A DNA stretch of 64,000 bases from an uncultured Pelagibacteraceae bacterium (GTDB lineage: Bacteria; Pseudomonadota; Alphaproteobacteria; Pelagibacterales; Pelagibacteraceae), in contig CACKXQ010000002.1 of NCBI GenBank assembly GCA_902604245.1, positions 11,018 to 75,017 of the forward strand. Direction: 5' to 3'. The first letter of the stretch is position 1, and every line of letters starts with the position of its first letter. Shown piece after piece: positions 11,048 to 23,824 of the stretch. A model generated the notes under the pieces. It was not told where the DNA came from, did no database searches, and saw only the letters and a list, made by a program, of their open reading frames with translations. Position numbers and translations under genes: made by a program.

Positions 11048-12421
11048 TTATAAAAAATAAGCACCTACCCCTAAGAAGGAAACAAAGCCTATAACATCAG
11101 TTATTGTAGTAACAAAAACACTTGATGAAATAGCCGGATCTATATTCATTTTTTTTAGAGTCACGGGTATTAAAATTCCAAAAAGTCCTGCAACTATCAT
11201 TGTTAAAACCATTGATATTGATATTATTAATGCAAGTTGAATATCATTAAACCAGAAATAAACAATTACAGAACTTATAATTGCAAAGATAATTCCATTT
11301 AAAACACCTATGTTAAATTCTTTAATTATATTATTAGTAAAATTATTTTTTGTTAAATCTTGTGTAGCTAAAGATCTTACAGTTACGGCTAGTGTTTGCA
11401 TACCAGCATTACCACCCATCGATGCAACAATAGGCATTAAAAAAGCTAAAACAACCATTTGCTCAATAGTAGCTCCAAATAAACTAATACAATAAGTAGC
11501 TAAGAATGCTGTAAATAAATTTAATAAAAGCCAATTAAATCTTCGCTTGGTTTTTGTAATTACACCATCTGTTATTTCCTCATCTCCTACTCCGGCAAGT
11601 CTTAATGCGTCTTCCTCAGCTTCTTCTTTAAGTACAGTTAAAACATCATCATAAGCTATCATACCCACCAATTTATCATTTTTATCAGTAACTGCAGCTG
11701 AGCTTAAATTATAATTTTCAAATAGATTACCAACTTCTTCTTTATCCATATCTACAGGTATTAGAAGCTGAGATTCAGACATTATTGACATCATTTTTGC
11801 TTCTCTTGGAGTTCGTAGTACTTTTGAGGAAGGTACAGTTCCAATTGGTTTAAAGTTTTCATCAACTATAAAAATTTCAAGAAACTCCTCTGGTAAATCT
11901 TTATTTTCTCTTAAATAGTCTATTGTCTGACCAACTGACCAGTTACTAGGGATGGCGGTAAATTCTCTTTGCATTATTCGTGCAGCTGAGTCCTCTGGGT
12001 AGCTTAAACTTTCTAATAAAGCAAACCGGTCTTTTGGTGGAAGAGAGCCTAAAATAGTATTTTTATCTTTTTCATCAACATTTTCTAAAATTTTAATTGC
12101 ATCATCAGACTCTAAGTTTTTTAATATATTAACTATGGACTCTGATGATAAATATGCAATTAATTCAGACTGTATTGACTCATTGAGTTCAACAAACACT
12201 TCAGGATCAACTTTAAAATTATTTAATTTAATTAAACTCTCTCTATCATTTCCACTTAAATGTTCAATAATATCAGCTGCATCTGCAGGGTGCATATCAT
12301 TAAATGAATTAGTTATAAATTCTGCATCATTTAAAGAAATCTTATCTGTCACTACTTTGATAAATTCTTTGTTGAATTCAAAATTAACTTTTTTGTCTTT
12401 AATTTTTTTTACTAAAGTCAT
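11048..12421 (-). CDS. mgtE: Magnesium transporter MgtE
   Basis: CBS pair plus membrane domain, MGGNAGMQT, DPA..TTITD. Confidence 0.95.
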   Translation of the reverse strand: MTLVKKIKDKKVNFEFNKEFIKVVTDKISLNDAEFITNSFNDMHPADAADIIEHLSGNDRESLIKLNNFKVDPEVFVELNESIQSELIAYLSSESIVNILKNLESDDAIKILENVDEKDKNTILGSLPPKDRFALLESLSYPEDSAARIMQREFTAIPSNWSVGQTIDYLRENKDLPEEFLEIFIVDENFKPIGTVPSSKVLRTPREAKMMSIMSESQLLIPVDMDKEEVGNLFENYNLSSAAVTDKNDKLVGMIAYDDVLTVLKEEAEEDALRLAGVGDEEITDGVITKTKRRFNWLLLNLFTAFLATYCISLFGATIEQMVVLAFLMPIVASMGGNAGMQTLAVTVRSLATQDLTKNNFTNNIIKEFNIGVLNGIIFAIISSVIVYFWFNDIQLALIISISMVLTMIVAGLFGILIPVTLKKMNIDPAISSSVFVTTITDVIGFVSFLGVGAYFL

Positions 12422-12482
12422 AATTTTTATCTATAATTTAGTTGGCACTATTAATACAAAACATTAATATTACAATTTTATA

Positions 12483-13115
12483 ATGATGATAGAGATCAAA
12501 AAGTCAATAAAACCAATAAAATATGAAAAAGCTATTTCATTTTTAGAAAAAAGATTGGATGAAATTCATAAAAAAAAGGGAAATGAGTTGATATGGATTT
12601 TAGAACATCAAGAGGTTTATACAGCAGGAACTAGTTACAAATATGATGAGATATTAGATAAATCAATAAAATTAATCAAAACAAATAGAGGTGGAAAAAT
12701 AACATATCATGGTCCTGGTCAATTAGTTTTTTATTTTGTAATTGATTTAAATAAAAGAGAAAAAAATATTAGAAAACTTATTATCTCATTGGAAAATACT
12801 ATAATAGACACTTTAAAAGAATTTAAAATTAATACTTTTGCAGATAGGAAAAATATTGGTATCTGGCATAAAAGAAAATTTAAAAATAAAACTAAAGTTG
12901 AAAAAGTTGCAGCAATAGGTATTAAAGTAAAAAGATGGATTGCCTACCATGGTTTTGCAATAAATATTTCAAATAACTTAGATGCTTATACCAAAATAAT
13001 ACCTTGTGGAATTAAAGATAAGGAAATTACAAGTCTTATTAATATCAAAAAACAAAAATATAATTTTATATCAAATATATTAATAAAAAATTTTTTGAAA
13101 GAAATTAAAAATTAA
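12483..13115 (+). CDS. lipB: Lipoyl(octanoyl) transferase
   Basis: [18 protein letters not shown]. Confidence 0.95.
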   Translation: MMIEIKKSIKPIKYEKAISFLEKRLDEIHKKKGNELIWILEHQEVYTAGTSYKYDEILDKSIKLIKTNRGGKITYHGPGQLVFYFVIDLNKREKNIRKLIISLENTIIDTLKEFKINTFADRKNIGIWHKRKFKNKTKVEKVAAIGIKVKRWIAYHGFAINISNNLDAYTKIIPCGIKDKEITSLINIKKQKYNFISNILIKNFLKEIKN

Positions 13116-14010
13116 GTCTCTTTACTTTAAGCATATTTCTAAAATACTCGGGTGGTGTAGCTCTAAATGTATATTTTTTTTCATTCATTTTAAATTTAAT
13201 TTCATAAGAATGAAGCATAAGGTTTTTATTATTTTTTTGTATTTTAAAAGAATTGTATTTTTTATCACCTATAATTGAGTGACCTAAATCAAATAATTGC
13301 TTTCGTAACTGATGTTTTCTTCCTGTAATTGGCTTCAGCTGGATGAAAGTAGAATTATTATTTTTATCTAAGATTTCATATCTTGTCTCAGCGTTCTCTA
13401 CTATCTTTTTTTTTTCATCATATCTAATAAGATTATTTTTTATTAAACCTTTATCTTTAATTGTAATTTCTCCATGACATATTGCAATATAAGTTTTATA
13501 AACTTTTCTTAATCTAAACAAAGTTGTTAGTAGTTGTGCAGTTGGTCTATTTTTTGCTATTAGAAACACTCCAGAGGTTTCTTTATCTAGTCTATGCACT
13601 GAATATGGCTTTTCATCTTTAAAAATTTCACTGTTAGAAAAAATATCTATTAGATTTTTTTTTGACTTAGTGCCACCTTGAACAGATATACCTGCTTGCT
13701 TATTAATGACAATAAAGTTGTCGTTATTTTCAATAATAAAGTCCTCATTTTCCTTAATTATTGAATCTGAAGGTTTAAATCTGATTTTATTAGTAATAAT
13801 TTTTTTTGTAATTTTAAAGTTATGTAGTTCAATCAAATCATTTATTTGAAGCTTGATTGAACTTTTGACTTTTTTTTTATTAAGTTTAATTTTTCCACCT
13901 CTAAGACTTTTCTCTATTAAACTTTGAGGTATTGATTCAAAATGTTTACGTATGAATCTATCAATACGCATGCCAGCGTACGTAGCATCTACGTTGATAG
14001 ATTTTTTCAT
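13105..14010 (-). CDS. RluA/RluC-family pseudouridine synthase
   Basis: S4 domain, [17 protein letters not shown]. Confidence 0.92.
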   Translation of the reverse strand: MKKSINVDATYAGMRIDRFIRKHFESIPQSLIEKSLRGGKIKLNKKKVKSSIKLQINDLIELHNFKITKKIITNKIRFKPSDSIIKENEDFIIENNDNFIVINKQAGISVQGGTKSKKNLIDIFSNSEIFKDEKPYSVHRLDKETSGVFLIAKNRPTAQLLTTLFRLRKVYKTYIAICHGEITIKDKGLIKNNLIRYDEKKKIVENAETRYEILDKNNNSTFIQLKPITGRKHQLRKQLFDLGHSIIGDKKYNSFKIQKNNKNLMLHSYEIKFKMNEKKYTFRATPPEYFRNMLKVKRLNF

Positions 14011-14022
14011 AATGAATGTTTT

Positions 14023-14469
14023 TTAGGCTGTAACTTCTTTGGGTGCTTCTACTTTTTTATCTGTTGCTTTAGCTTTTTCAGTTTTCTTTTTATCTATTTT
14101 TTTTGCTTCTATGTCACGATCAACAAATTCTATTACTGCCATAGGTGCATTATCTCCATATCTAAAACCTGCTTTAATAATTCTTGTATATCCACCTTTT
14201 CTATTTTCATATCTTTTGGACAATGTTTTTCTAATTTTACTCGCTGAGGCTTCATCTTGAAGTTTAGAAATCAAAGTTCTGGTATTTTGAAGAGTATCTT
14301 TCTTGCCTAATGTAATTAATTTATCTGCCTGTGGTTTTAAAACCTTTGCTTTTGGAAGAGTGGTAGTAATTTGTTCGTACTTCACAAGAGAGTTAAGCAT
14401 ATTCTTTATTAATGCTTTTCTATGTTCAGAAGTCCTATTGAGCTTTTTGTAACCCATCTTGTGTCTCAT
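14023..14469 (-). CDS. rplQ: 50S ribosomal protein L17
   Basis: [19 protein letters not shown]. Confidence 0.97.
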   Translation of the reverse strand: MRHKMGYKKLNRTSEHRKALIKNMLNSLVKYEQITTTLPKAKVLKPQADKLITLGKKDTLQNTRTLISKLQDEASASKIRKTLSKRYENRKGGYTRIIKAGFRYGDNAPMAVIEFVDRDIEAKKIDKKKTEKAKATDKKVEAPKEVTA

Positions 14470-15497
14470 TAGATAGCTTCCTCTAGTTTTTTAGATAATT
14501 CAGCAATATTGTCTGGTGGCCAATTTGGTATTTCCATTCCTAGATACAGTGACATTCCAGTCAATACCTCTTTAATTTCATTTAATGATTTTCTTCCAAA
14601 ATTAGGCGTTCTTAGCATTTCACCCTCCGATTTTTGAACTAAATCACCAATATAAATTATATTATCATTTTTTAAACAATTCATTGATCTAACTGACAAT
14701 TCTAGTTCATCAACTTTTCTTAATAAATTTTTATTAAATTCAGGTTCTGTTGGTTGCTCTCTTACTATTACTTCTTGTGGTTCATCAAAGTTAACAAACA
14801 TTCCTAGTTGATCTTGAAATATTCTTGCTGAATAAGCAACTGCATCTTCCGCTGAAATTGATCCATTTGTTTCAACTTCCATTGTAAGTTTATCATAGTC
14901 TAAAGCTTTACCCTCTCTAGCAGTACTTATCGAATATGAAACTTTTTTAACAGGACTAAATAGTGAATCTATTGATATTAGACCCAATGGAGGTTCTTCT
15001 GGTTTATTCATATCAGCAGAAACGTAGCCTTTACCATTACTCACAGTCATTTCCATATGGAAATTGGTGTTTTCATCTAAGTTACATATTACCAAGTCAG
15101 GGTTAAGAATTTCAATATCTGCTGTAGTTGTAATATTTGAAGCCTTAATCTCACCTGGTCCTTTAGCATCTAAGATTAATTTGCTCACAGTCTCTGAATT
15201 ACTTTTTAATGCTAGAGATTTAACATTTAAAACTATATCCGTAACATCTTCTCTCACACCCTTAATTGATGTAAATTCGTGCAAAACACCATCAATTTGT
15301 ATAGCAGTTACCGCAGTGCCTCTTATTGATGATAAAAGAATTCTTCTTAATGAGTTTCCTAGTGTTAAGCCATAGCCTTTTTCTAATGGTTCAGCTATTA
15401 TTTTAGCATAAGATTTATCTTCGCTTAAATTAATATCAAGTTTTGGTGGTTTTATAAGAGATTTCCAATTTTTTATATTCACTTCAGTTGTATCCAT
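14469..15497 (-). CDS. rpoA: RNA polymerase alpha subunit
   Basis: [17 protein letters not shown]; start trimmed to MDTTEV. Confidence 0.97.
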   Translation of the reverse strand: MDTTEVNIKNWKSLIKPPKLDINLSEDKSYAKIIAEPLEKGYGLTLGNSLRRILLSSIRGTAVTAIQIDGVLHEFTSIKGVREDVTDIVLNVKSLALKSNSETVSKLILDAKGPGEIKASNITTTADIEILNPDLVICNLDENTNFHMEMTVSNGKGYVSADMNKPEEPPLGLISIDSLFSPVKKVSYSISTAREGKALDYDKLTMEVETNGSISAEDAVAYSARIFQDQLGMFVNFDEPQEVIVREQPTEPEFNKNLLRKVDELELSVRSMNCLKNDNIIYIGDLVQKSEGEMLRTPNFGRKSLNEIKEVLTGMSLYLGMEIPNWPPDNIAELSKKLEEAI

Positions 15498-15498
15498 T

Positions 15499-15942
15499 TT
15501 ATACTCTCCTTTTTTTTGGTGGTCTTGCACCGTTATGCGGCATTGGTGTTGTGTCTTTAATAGAAATAATTTTAAATCCTCTTGCTTGCAAGGCTCTCAA
15601 AGCAGTTTCTCTTCCAGAACCGGGACCTTTTACTTCAACAGATAAAATTTTCATTCCAACTTCAAGAGCTTTAGATGCAGCGGAGTCTGCTGCTACTTGT
15701 GCTGCATAAGGAGTTGATTTTCTAGAACCTTTGAAACCTTTTTGACCGGCGGATGCCCAGGATATTACATTACCATTAGTATCTGCAATAGTTACAATTG
15801 TATTGTTAAATGTTGATTGAACATAAGCAATTCCATTTAAAATACTCTTCTTATTTTTTTTCTTTTTTGAATAAGAGCTTTTTTTTTGCTTGGTTTGTGC
15901 CTCAGTTGATTGATCTCTATTTTCTATTTTAGTTTTTACCAT
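15499..15942 (-). CDS. rpsK: 30S ribosomal protein S11
   Basis: [25 protein letters not shown]. Confidence 0.97.
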   Translation of the reverse strand: MVKTKIENRDQSTEAQTKQKKSSYSKKKKNKKSILNGIAYVQSTFNNTIVTIADTNGNVISWASAGQKGFKGSRKSTPYAAQVAADSAASKALEVGMKILSVEVKGPGSGRETALRALQARGFKIISIKDTTPMPHNGARPPKKRRV

Positions 15943-15943
15943 T

Positions 15944-16327
15944 TTATTTTTTTAATGGAGTTAATTTTTTACCTGCTATAGCAATTGCTTTTCCTTTACG
16001 TGTACGTGCATTGCATCTAGTCCTTTGTCCTCTAACTGGTAATTTTTTTCTGTGTCTCGATCCACGATAAGAAGCAAGATCGATTAATCTTTTAATATTT
16101 AAAGATGTGTCTCTTCTTAAGTCACCCTCAACTGTGAATTTTTGATCTATAAATTCTCTAATTTTTAAAATTTCATCATCAGTTAAATCATTTACTCTTT
16201 TAGTAACAGGTATTTCCAGAGATTTGCAAATATCGTAAGAGTTTTTTTCTCCGATTCCATATATATAAGTTAGACCAACTCTAACTAGTTTGTTTTGTGG
16301 TATGTTTACACCTGCTATACGAGCCAT
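15944..16327 (-). CDS. rpsM: 30S ribosomal protein S13
   Basis: [18 protein letters not shown]. Confidence 0.97.
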   Translation of the reverse strand: MARIAGVNIPQNKLVRVGLTYIYGIGEKNSYDICKSLEIPVTKRVNDLTDDEILKIREFIDQKFTVEGDLRRDTSLNIKRLIDLASYRGSRHRKKLPVRGQRTRCNARTRKGKAIAIAGKKLTPLKK

Positions 16328-16383
16328 ATTATTGAGATAAAAATTTAGCCTTTTATATAAGAAGTTCTTTCAAAGTCAATGTC

Positions 16384-16947
16384 TTAAACTGATAGAATTT
16401 GTTCAATTTTATTAAATATTTCAGCTATTTCCTCACTTCCATCAATTTCATAAAAATTTGTATTATCTGAGTAAAAATCTAAGACTGGTTTGGTTGTTTC
16501 CATATAAGTGTCATACCTCCTTAGAATAGTTGTTAAGTTATCGTCAGCTCTATTTTCTAGCAAGCTTCTTTTTTCAATCCTATTTATTATTGTTTCCTTT
16601 TTTACATTTAGAAAAAAAATAAAATCAATTTTTTGGTTCGATTTTTTTAATAAAGCATCTAAATTTTTAGCCTGACTTAATGATCTTGGATATCCATCAA
16701 AAATTAATTTATTTTTCTTTTCAGTGTCAAAAACAATTTTTTCTATCAGGTCATTAACAATTTCGTCAGTCGCAAAGTCACCCTTTGAAATTATTTTTTC
16801 AATGTCTTTACCAATTACTGTTTTGTCTTTAACTTCTCTCCTTAAAAGGTCACCTGTTGAAACCTGATAAAGATTAAATTTTTTTACTATATTTATTGCC
16901 TGAGTACCTTTGCCTGCACCTGGTGGTCCAAATATAATGACGTTCAC
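16384..16947 (-). CDS. adk: Adenylate kinase (short LID)
   Basis: GPPGAGKGTQA, FDGYPR. Confidence 0.95.
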   Translation of the reverse strand: MNVIIFGPPGAGKGTQAINIVKKFNLYQVSTGDLLRREVKDKTVIGKDIEKIISKGDFATDEIVNDLIEKIVFDTEKKNKLIFDGYPRSLSQAKNLDALLKKSNQKIDFIFFLNVKKETIINRIEKRSLLENRADDNLTTILRRYDTYMETTKPVLDFYSDNTNFYEIDGSEEIAEIFNKIEQILSV

Positions 16948-16952
16948 TTGAA

Positions 16953-18233
16953 CTATCTTCCAAATTTTGTTTTCTTAATAAGTTGTTCATATTGTGAACT
17001 CATTAATCTTGTTTGGACCTGTGTAACAGTATCAATAGCAACTACTACAACAATTAAAACAGACGCTCCTCCTAAATAAAAAGGTATTGGATAATTAGCA
17101 ATTAGAAATTCTGGCATTAAGCAAACTAGAGTTAAATATAAAGCTCCGATTGTTGTAAGTTTGGTTAAAATTGTGTCTATATATAAGGCTGTACTTTCTC
17201 CTGGTCTTATCCCAGGAATAAATCCTCCATACTTTCTCAAATTTTCTGCAGTTTCATTTGGATTAAATGTTATTGAAGTATAGAAAAAAGTAAAAAAAAT
17301 AATACCAGAGGCATACAATATCATGTACATGGGTTGGCCTTGTGAGAAGTATGAAGAAATATTTAAAAAAGTTTCGTTTTGTGAAACATTAAAATTTGAA
17401 AATGTCACTGGTAAAAGTAATAATGCTGAAGCAAATATTGCTGGAATTACTCCTGCAGAATTTATTTTGAGTGGTAAGTGAGACGACTCACCACCATACA
17501 TTTTATTACCCATCTGTCTTTTAGGGTAATTTATTAATATTTTTCTGAGTGCTCTCTCCATAAATACAATAAATAGAATTGTTAAAATAAGTAAAACAAA
17601 TATAAATACAATCATTACAGTAGAAATGGCTCCAGTCCTACCTAGTTCAAATGTTGTAACTAAAGCTCTAGGAATTTCTGCTACAATACCTGAAAAAATA
17701 ATTAGAGAGATTCCATTACCAATACCTCTTTGAGTAATTTGTTCACCTAACCACATCAAAAAAATTGTTCCAGCAACAATAGTAGTAACGGTGGAAATTT
17801 TAAAAAATACTCCTGGATTTATTACTAGTTCCGCAGACGACTCGAGGCCAACAGCCAATCCATAACCTTGTACTGTTGCTAATAAAACAGTTCCATACCT
17901 TGTAATTTGAGTAATTTTTTGTCTACCAATTTCCCCTTGTGCTTTAAGATTTTTAAAATAATCTGTAACTCCTGTTAATAATTGAATAATAATTGATGAG
18001 GAAATATAAGGCATTATTCCAAGTGCAAAAATTGCCATTCTACTCACGGCACCACCAGCAAAAACATTAAACATTCCAAGTAATCCTTTTTGATTGCTAT
18101 CCATCATTATTTGAAGCTGTTCAGGATCAATTCCTGGTAGAGGAACAAATGTTCCTAATCTATAAATTGCAAGAATAAAAATTGTAAATAAAATTCTATT
18201 TCTTAAATCATTAGTTTGTGATGATTCACTCAT
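16953..18233 (-). CDS. secY: Preprotein translocase SecY
   Basis: ALGIMPYISSSII, GIGNGISLII, IPGIRPG. Confidence 0.97.
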   Translation of the reverse strand: MSESSQTNDLRNRILFTIFILAIYRLGTFVPLPGIDPEQLQIMMDSNQKGLLGMFNVFAGGAVSRMAIFALGIMPYISSSIIIQLLTGVTDYFKNLKAQGEIGRQKITQITRYGTVLLATVQGYGLAVGLESSAELVINPGVFFKISTVTTIVAGTIFLMWLGEQITQRGIGNGISLIIFSGIVAEIPRALVTTFELGRTGAISTVMIVFIFVLLILTILFIVFMERALRKILINYPKRQMGNKMYGGESSHLPLKINSAGVIPAIFASALLLLPVTFSNFNVSQNETFLNISSYFSQGQPMYMILYASGIIFFTFFYTSITFNPNETAENLRKYGGFIPGIRPGESTALYIDTILTKLTTIGALYLTLVCLMPEFLIANYPIPFYLGGASVLIVVVVAIDTVTQVQTRLMSSQYEQLIKKTKFGR

Positions 18234-18692
18234 TTATTTAAGATTTTTAATTTTTATTATGCCACCAAGTTTTTCAATCTTATCTTTAGCAGAAACTGAT
18301 GAGAAATCAGCCTCTATATTTAATTTTGAATTTAAGTTTCCATTAGATAGAATTTTATATTTCGAATAAGATTTATTTATAATTTTACTCTTCTTTAAAC
18401 TTTCTAGATTTATTTGATCTAACGGATTAATTTTTTTTTTTTCAATAAAACTTTGTAATTGATCTAAATTGATTTTAGCTATTTTAATTTTTTTAATTGG
18501 ATTAAAGCCTCTTTTAGGCAATCTTCTATAAAGTGGCATTTGTCCTCCCTCAAAGCTTTTTATAGCAACACCTGATCTAGATTTTTGACCTTTAACTCCT
18601 CTACCAGATGTTTTTCCTTTACCTGAACCTATGCCTCTTCCAAGTCTTTTCTTTGACCTTTTAATTTTCAAAGTTCTGTTTAATATATTCAT
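18234..18692 (-). CDS. rplO: 50S ribosomal protein L15
   Basis: GRGIGSGKGKTSGRG, FEGGQMP. Confidence 0.97.
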   Translation of the reverse strand: MNILNRTLKIKRSKKRLGRGIGSGKGKTSGRGVKGQKSRSGVAIKSFEGGQMPLYRRLPKRGFNPIKKIKIAKINLDQLQSFIEKKKINPLDQINLESLKKSKIINKSYSKYKILSNGNLNSKLNIEADFSSVSAKDKIEKLGGIIKIKNLK

Positions 18693-19192
18693 TATCCTCT
18701 TTTCTCAATAATCTCTGAAATTTTTTTATTTCTAATCAAAGATATATTTTTTGGTGAGTTTTGTTTTGAAAGTGCTTTCATACAAGCTCTGATCACATTG
18801 TGCGGATTAGCTGTTCCAAGAGATTTTGCTACTATATCTTTTATTCCAAGAACTTCACAAACAGCTCTTACTGCGCCACCTGCAATAATTCCAGTTCCTT
18901 TTGGAGCTGCTCGAAGTTTAATTTTACCAGCGCCATCTTTACCAAAAATATCATGATGTATTGTTCTGCCTTCTCTCAAGGGAACTTGAACAAGATTTCT
19001 TCTTGCAAGTTCATTTGCTTTTTTTATTGCATCAGGAACTTGTTTTGCTTTAGCGTGAGCTACACCTATTTTACCATTTTGATTTCCAACAACTACTAAT
19101 GCGGAAAATCCAAACCTTCTTCCACCTTTAACAACTTTGGTAATTCTATTAATGTGTACTAATTTCTCAATAAAATCTGTATTTTTTTCCAT
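18692..19192 (-). CDS. rpsE: 30S ribosomal protein S5
   Basis: [12 protein letters not shown]. Confidence 0.97.
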   Translation of the reverse strand: MEKNTDFIEKLVHINRITKVVKGGRRFGFSALVVVGNQNGKIGVAHAKAKQVPDAIKKANELARRNLVQVPLREGRTIHHDIFGKDGAGKIKLRAAPKGTGIIAGGAVRAVCEVLGIKDIVAKSLGTANPHNVIRACMKALSKQNSPKNISLIRNKKISEIIEKRG

Positions 19193-19195
19193 TTT

Positions 19196-19549
19196 TTAAA
19201 ATTCCATTCCATTTTTTCTCAGTTCATCAGCTAATAATTTTACTCGTCCATGATATTTATAAATTCCTCTATCAAAATAAACTCTGTTTATTTTCATATC
19301 TTTAGCTTTTCTTGCAAGGTTTTCTGCAACTATTATTGAAAGTTCTTTTTTTGTTTTTTTTTGTGATTTTATTTCTTTTGTATTTGAAGAAACATAAACT
19401 AAAGTTATATTTTTTGTGTCGTCTATAATTTGAGCACTAATATTTTTTGCAGACCTATTTACACTTAGCCTATATCTTTCTACGGACGAAACTCTTTTTA
19501 CTTTATTTCTAACTCTAAATTTTTTTCTTTCTATCTTTGTAATATTCAT
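19196..19549 (-). CDS. rplR: 50S ribosomal protein L18
   Basis: [12 protein letters not shown]. Confidence 0.96.
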   Translation of the reverse strand: MNITKIERKKFRVRNKVKRVSSVERYRLSVNRSAKNISAQIIDDTKNITLVYVSSNTKEIKSQKKTKKELSIIVAENLARKAKDMKINRVYFDRGIYKYHGRVKLLADELRKNGMEF

Positions 19550-20088
19550 TATTTTTTCTTACCTTCTTTTCTTAGTATATATTGTCCTTGTTCTTTAATG
19601 CCCTTGCCCTTGTAAGGTTCAGGAGGTCTTAGGCTTTTTATTTCAGCTGCTACCATTCCGACTTGTTGTTTATCAGTGCCAGAAATTTTTAAGATAGTTT
19701 GTTTTTCTACATGAATTTTTACTTCATCAGGAATTTTAAAATTTATATCATGACTAAAGCCTAATTGTAGATTTAAAATATTTCCTTTTAATGCTGCTCT
19801 ATATCCCACTCCAGATAGCTCAAGAATTTTTTCATAACCTTTACTAGCTCCAATAATTGCATTATTTAACAAACTTCTGTTCATGCCCCACAATCTTTTT
19901 GTACTTTGTTTGTTTTGTTTAGGTTTAATAAATACTTCTTTACCTTCTTCAATTTTTAATTCAAAAATATCTAAATCGATATTTAAAGATTTTTTTCCAA
20001 GCGGGCCTTCTATATTAATCATATTTCCAGACAAAATTACTTTAACTTTTTCTGGAATTGAAATTGCTATTTTACCAATTTTAGACAT
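19549..20088 (-). CDS. rplF: 50S ribosomal protein L6
   Basis: [11 protein letters not shown]. Confidence 0.97.
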   Translation of the reverse strand: MSKIGKIAISIPEKVKVILSGNMINIEGPLGKKSLNIDLDIFELKIEEGKEVFIKPKQNKQSTKRLWGMNRSLLNNAIIGASKGYEKILELSGVGYRAALKGNILNLQLGFSHDINFKIPDEVKIHVEKQTILKISGTDKQQVGMVAAEIKSLRPPEPYKGKGIKEQGQYILRKEGKKK

Positions 20089-20483
20089 TAAAATACCTTA
20101 CAAATAATTTCACCACCAACTTTTTGTTTTCTCGCATCGATATCAGTCATCACACCTTTGGGTGTTGATATAATTGCTATTCCTAGTCCATTATTTACTT
20201 TAGGCAAGCTCTCTGCGCTTGAAAAAATTCTTCTTCCAGGTTTAGATATTCTTTCAATTGAACTTATTACTGGATTACCTGAATTATATTTTAAACTTAT
20301 ACTTAAATTAGCTTTATTCTGTTCTGATTTAACTTCATAATCAATTATATATCCTTCTGACTTTAAAATTTCAGCTATTTTTGTTTTAAATTTGGATGAC
20401 GGCAATTCAATTCTTTTATGATTTCTCATTTGTGAATTCTTTAATCTTGCTAACATATCTCCTATTGGATCACTTAAACTCAT
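20088..20483 (-). CDS. rpsH: 30S ribosomal protein S8
   Basis: DPIGDMLAR, ISKPGRR. Confidence 0.97.
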   Translation of the reverse strand: MSLSDPIGDMLARLKNSQMRNHKRIELPSSKFKTKIAEILKSEGYIIDYEVKSEQNKANLSISLKYNSGNPVISSIERISKPGRRIFSSAESLPKVNNGLGIAIISTPKGVMTDIDARKQKVGGEIICKVF

Positions 20484-20493
20484 AATATCCTTT

Positions 20494-20799
20494 CTACCAA
20501 CTTGATTTTACCATACCAGGAATCTTACCTTCTAAACCTAATTGTCTTAAAGCTATTCTTGATATTTTTAATTTTCGATAAACTCCGTGTGGTCTACCTG
20601 TTATTTGACATCTATTTCTTACTCTAATTTTTGCAGAATTTCTTGGAAGATTAGAAAGTTTTTGTTGTGCTTTAAACCTTTCTTCTAATGATAATTTTTT
20701 ATTCATAATTATTTTTTTTAAATTTTTTCTTTTTTTATAATATTTTTCTGAAAGTTTTATTCTTTTATTATTTTTATTTATTGAACTTAGTTTTGCCAT
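20494..20799 (-). CDS. rpsN: 30S ribosomal protein S14 (long form)
   Basis: [19 protein letters not shown]. Confidence 0.97.
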   Translation of the reverse strand: MAKLSSINKNNKRIKLSEKYYKKRKNLKKIIMNKKLSLEERFKAQQKLSNLPRNSAKIRVRNRCQITGRPHGVYRKLKISRIALRQLGLEGKIPGMVKSSW

Positions 20800-21353
20800 T
20801 AATTGCTCCTTCCATCTTTAAATGGGAAATTTAATTTTTTTAGTAGTTCAAAGCTATGTTTCTTATCTAATGATTTAATAACAATAGTTATATCTAAACC
20901 TCTTATTTTATCTACTTTATCAAAATTGACTTCTGGAAATACTATCTGTTCTTTTATACCAAATGTATAATTTCCAAATTTGTCAAATCCATTAGTACTA
21001 AGCCCTCTAAAATCTTTAATTCTTGGCAATGCTATATTAACTAATCTATCAATGAATTCGTACATTTTATTTTTTCTCAATGTAACTTTTAGTCCAGAAT
21101 TAGTATTTTTTCTTGTTTTGAAGTTTGCAATTGATTTTCTAAATTTTGTAATCACTGGCTTTTGACCTGTTATACTTGCAAGATCATCTTGGCAAGAATT
21201 TATAATTTTTGAATCATTTCCGTCAAGTCCTAATCCCATGTTAAGAACAATTTTTTGTATTTTTGGACCCATATACAAACTTTTGTATCCAAACATTTCC
21301 TTTAAACTTGGATTTATTTCTTTTAAAATTATATCTTTAAGTCTTGGTTCCAT
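20799..21353 (-). CDS. rplE: 50S ribosomal protein L5
   Basis: [15 protein letters not shown]. Confidence 0.97.
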   Translation of the reverse strand: MEPRLKDIILKEINPSLKEMFGYKSLYMGPKIQKIVLNMGLGLDGNDSKIINSCQDDLASITGQKPVITKFRKSIANFKTRKNTNSGLKVTLRKNKMYEFIDRLVNIALPRIKDFRGLSTNGFDKFGNYTFGIKEQIVFPEVNFDKVDKIRGLDITIVIKSLDKKHSFELLKKLNFPFKDGRSN

Positions 21354-21592
21354 TATTTTTTAGTTTGAATTTTTTTATTAATTTCCAAATTCTTTAAATT
21401 GGATAGATGAATAAAATTTTCTTTAGATATTATGCCACCTTTTTTTTCTTTGGTAGTTTTCACGTGTTTTTTTATAATATTTATTCCTTTAACTTTTGCT
21501 CTATTATTTTTTCGATCAAATTCTATAACTTCACCTTCTTTACTTTTATCCTTGCCTGTTAATATTTTGACTTTCATACCTTTTTTAATCAT
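21353..21592 (-). CDS. rplX: 50S ribosomal protein L24
   Basis: KOW motif, IHLSN, operon position. Confidence 0.93.
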   Translation of the reverse strand: MIKKGMKVKILTGKDKSKEGEVIEFDRKNNRAKVKGINIIKKHVKTTKEKKGGIISKENFIHLSNLKNLEINKKIQTKK

Positions 21593-21960
21593 TACAATAC
21601 CTCTGGTGCTAAGGAAATTATTTTCATTTGACCTCTGTTTCTAAGCTCTCGTGTTACTGGTCCAAAAATCCTTGTACCAATTGGTTCGCCTTTGTCATCT
21701 GTGAGAACAGCTGCATTGTTATCGAATCTTACTTTTGAACCATCATTTCTGTGAATACCCTTTTTAACTCTTACAACTACAGCTTTATGTACAGCTCCCT
21801 TTTTAACTTTACCTTTTGGTATTGCTTCTTTTACAGCTACAACAATAATATCGCCAATACTTGCATATCTTCTTTTGGAACCTCCTAAAACTTTAATACA
21901 CTCTATTTTTTTTGCACCAGTGTTGTCAGCAACCATCAATTCTGTTTGTACCTGTATCAT
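21592..21960 (-). CDS. rplN: 50S ribosomal protein L14
   Basis: [16 protein letters not shown]. Confidence 0.98.
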   Translation of the reverse strand: MIQVQTELMVADNTGAKKIECIKVLGGSKRRYASIGDIIVVAVKEAIPKGKVKKGAVHKAVVVRVKKGIHRNDGSKVRFDNNAAVLTDDKGEPIGTRIFGPVTRELRNRGQMKIISLAPEVL

Positions 21961-22193
21961 TGGTTTTCTCCAATTACCTCAAATTTTTTATTTTTTGAAA
22001 ATGGTCTACTCTCTCTTATTGAGACCTTATCACCGATTTTAAATTTATTTTCTTCATCATGTGCGTTATATTTTTTTCTAGCTTTCATGACTTTTTTTAA
22101 AACAGGATGCTGATATTTTCTTTCTACTAATACTGTAATAGTTTTATTTGGTTTATCACTGACCACAATTCCATTTAAAATCTTCTTAGGCAT
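21957..22193 (-). CDS. rpsQ: 30S ribosomal protein S17
   Basis: [15 protein letters not shown]. Confidence 0.96.
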   Translation of the reverse strand: MPKKILNGIVVSDKPNKTITVLVERKYQHPVLKKVMKARKKYNAHDEENKFKIGDKVSIRESRPFSKNKKFEVIGENQ

Positions 22194-22374
22194 TTTTTAC
22201 CTCTAACATTGATTTAATTCTTGCTATGTTTTTTTTAGTTTCTGTAATCTTGGCTGGACTTTTAACTTGGCCATTTACCTTTTGAAACCTAAAATTAAAT
22301 AAGTCTTTTTTTAATTTTACAATATTTTCTAATTTTTGTTGCTTTGTTAATTTTTTAATTTCTTTTTTTTTCAT
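22186..22374 (-). CDS. rpmC: 50S ribosomal protein L29
   Basis: [11 protein letters not shown]...IARIK; operon position. Confidence 0.93.
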   Translation of the reverse strand: MKKKEIKKLTKQQKLENIVKLKKDLFNFRFQKVNGQVKSPAKITETKKNIARIKSMLEVKNA

Positions 22375-22375
22375 T

Positions 22376-22783
22376 TTATACTCTTTTAATAAACTTACAC
22401 TTTATTGGTAATTTTGCTGAAGCTTTATACAATGCTTCTTTAGCGATTATTTCAGAGACACCATCTACCTCAAATAAAATTCTACCTGGTTTAACTCTAC
22501 AAGCCCAAAATTCTGGTGATCCTTTACCTTTTCCCATTCTAACTTCTGTCGGTTTTTTTGATACAGGAATATTTGGAAACATTCTTGTCCAGACTCTTCC
22601 TTGTCTCTTCATATGTCTTGTTAAAGCAACTCTAGCTGCCTCAATTTGCCTTGAGATTATTCTCTCAGGTTGTATGGCTTTGAGTCCAAACGAACCATAA
22701 TTCATAACATTACACCTAGAAGCGTTACCATGAATTCTTCCCTTATGAGCTTTTCTGTATTTAGTTCTAGTTGGCTGTAACAT
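22376..22783 (-). CDS. rplP: 50S ribosomal protein L16
   Basis: EVRMGKGKG. Confidence 0.98.
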   Translation of the reverse strand: MLQPTRTKYRKAHKGRIHGNASRCNVMNYGSFGLKAIQPERIISRQIEAARVALTRHMKRQGRVWTRMFPNIPVSKKPTEVRMGKGKGSPEFWACRVKPGRILFEVDGVSEIIAKEALYKASAKLPIKCKFIKRV

Positions 22784-22785
22784 TT

Positions 22786-23445
22786 CTATGCCTTGTTCCT
22801 TTCTTGGCTGAACTCTTTTGTAAATATTTCTCCTTTATAAATCCAAATTTTAATTCCAATAATACCATAGGTTGTTAAAGCTTCTGCTTCAGAATAATCT
22901 ATGTCAGCTCTCAAAGTATGCGAAGGTATACTGCCTTCTCTTAACCATTCCGTTCTTGCTATCTCATTTCCACCTAATCTACCACTAATTGATACTTTAA
23001 TACCTTTTGCGCCCAATCTTAATGCAGATTGTATAGCTCTTTTCATTGCTCTTCTGTAAGAAACTCTTTTAACTAATTGTTGAGCAATATTTTCTGCTAC
23101 TAAATAACTATTTGTTTCAGGTTTCTTCACCTCTTTAATATTTAATACAACTTCGTTAGAGGATAACTTTGATAAATTTCCTTTAATTTTTTCAATATCA
23201 GTACCTTTTTTCCCGATAACAAAACCAGGTCTAGAAGTATAAATTGTTACAAAGCATTTTTTGGTAGTTCTCTCTATCATAACCTTAGAAACTCCAGAAT
23301 TAACTACATTTTTCTTTATATATTCTCTTATCCTAAAATCCTCTATAAGATTGTTGCCAAAGTCTTTTTTTTTAGCATACCAAACAGAGTCCCATCCTCT
23401 ATTTATGCCTAATCTTAATCCAACCGGATTAACCTTTTGTCCCAT
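22786..23445 (-). CDS. rpsC: 30S ribosomal protein S3
   Basis: [13 protein letters not shown]. Confidence 0.98.
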   Translation of the reverse strand: MGQKVNPVGLRLGINRGWDSVWYAKKKDFGNNLIEDFRIREYIKKNVVNSGVSKVMIERTTKKCFVTIYTSRPGFVIGKKGTDIEKIKGNLSKLSSNEVVLNIKEVKKPETNSYLVAENIAQQLVKRVSYRRAMKRAIQSALRLGAKGIKVSISGRLGGNEIARTEWLREGSIPSHTLRADIDYSEAEALTTYGIIGIKIWIYKGEIFTKEFSQERNKA

Positions 23446-23824
23446 GACTCTCCATTTTTTTTTCTTTTTCTGTTAAAATTATTGTAACATTTGAATATGG
23501 TTTCATTATTTCTGCAGCTCTACCTTTTGCTCTTGCCCTAAACCTTTTCATAACTACTTGTTTACCACTGTATGCCTCTTTTATGATTAGTTTATCTATA
23601 TCATACTGATAATTATTTTCTGCATTAGCGACTGCTGAAGAAATTGTTTTTTTTATATCTTTTGAAATTCTTTTATCTGAAAAAGATAAATCTCTTATTG
23701 CGGCATCCACTTTTTTTCCTACTATAGACTTTAATAATGGATTTAATTTTCTAGTACTAGATCTCACATTTTTGTTTACTGATTTCACAGTTTTAATATC
23801 AATTTTTTTTTTTAGTTTACTCAT
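23429..23824 (-). CDS. rplV: 50S ribosomal protein L22
   Basis: [17 protein letters not shown]. Confidence 0.96.
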   Translation of the reverse strand: MSKLKKKIDIKTVKSVNKNVRSSTRKLNPLLKSIVGKKVDAAIRDLSFSDKRISKDIKKTISSAVANAENNYQYDIDKLIIKEAYSGKQVVMKRFRARAKGRAAEIMKPYSNVTIILTEKEKKMESHGTKG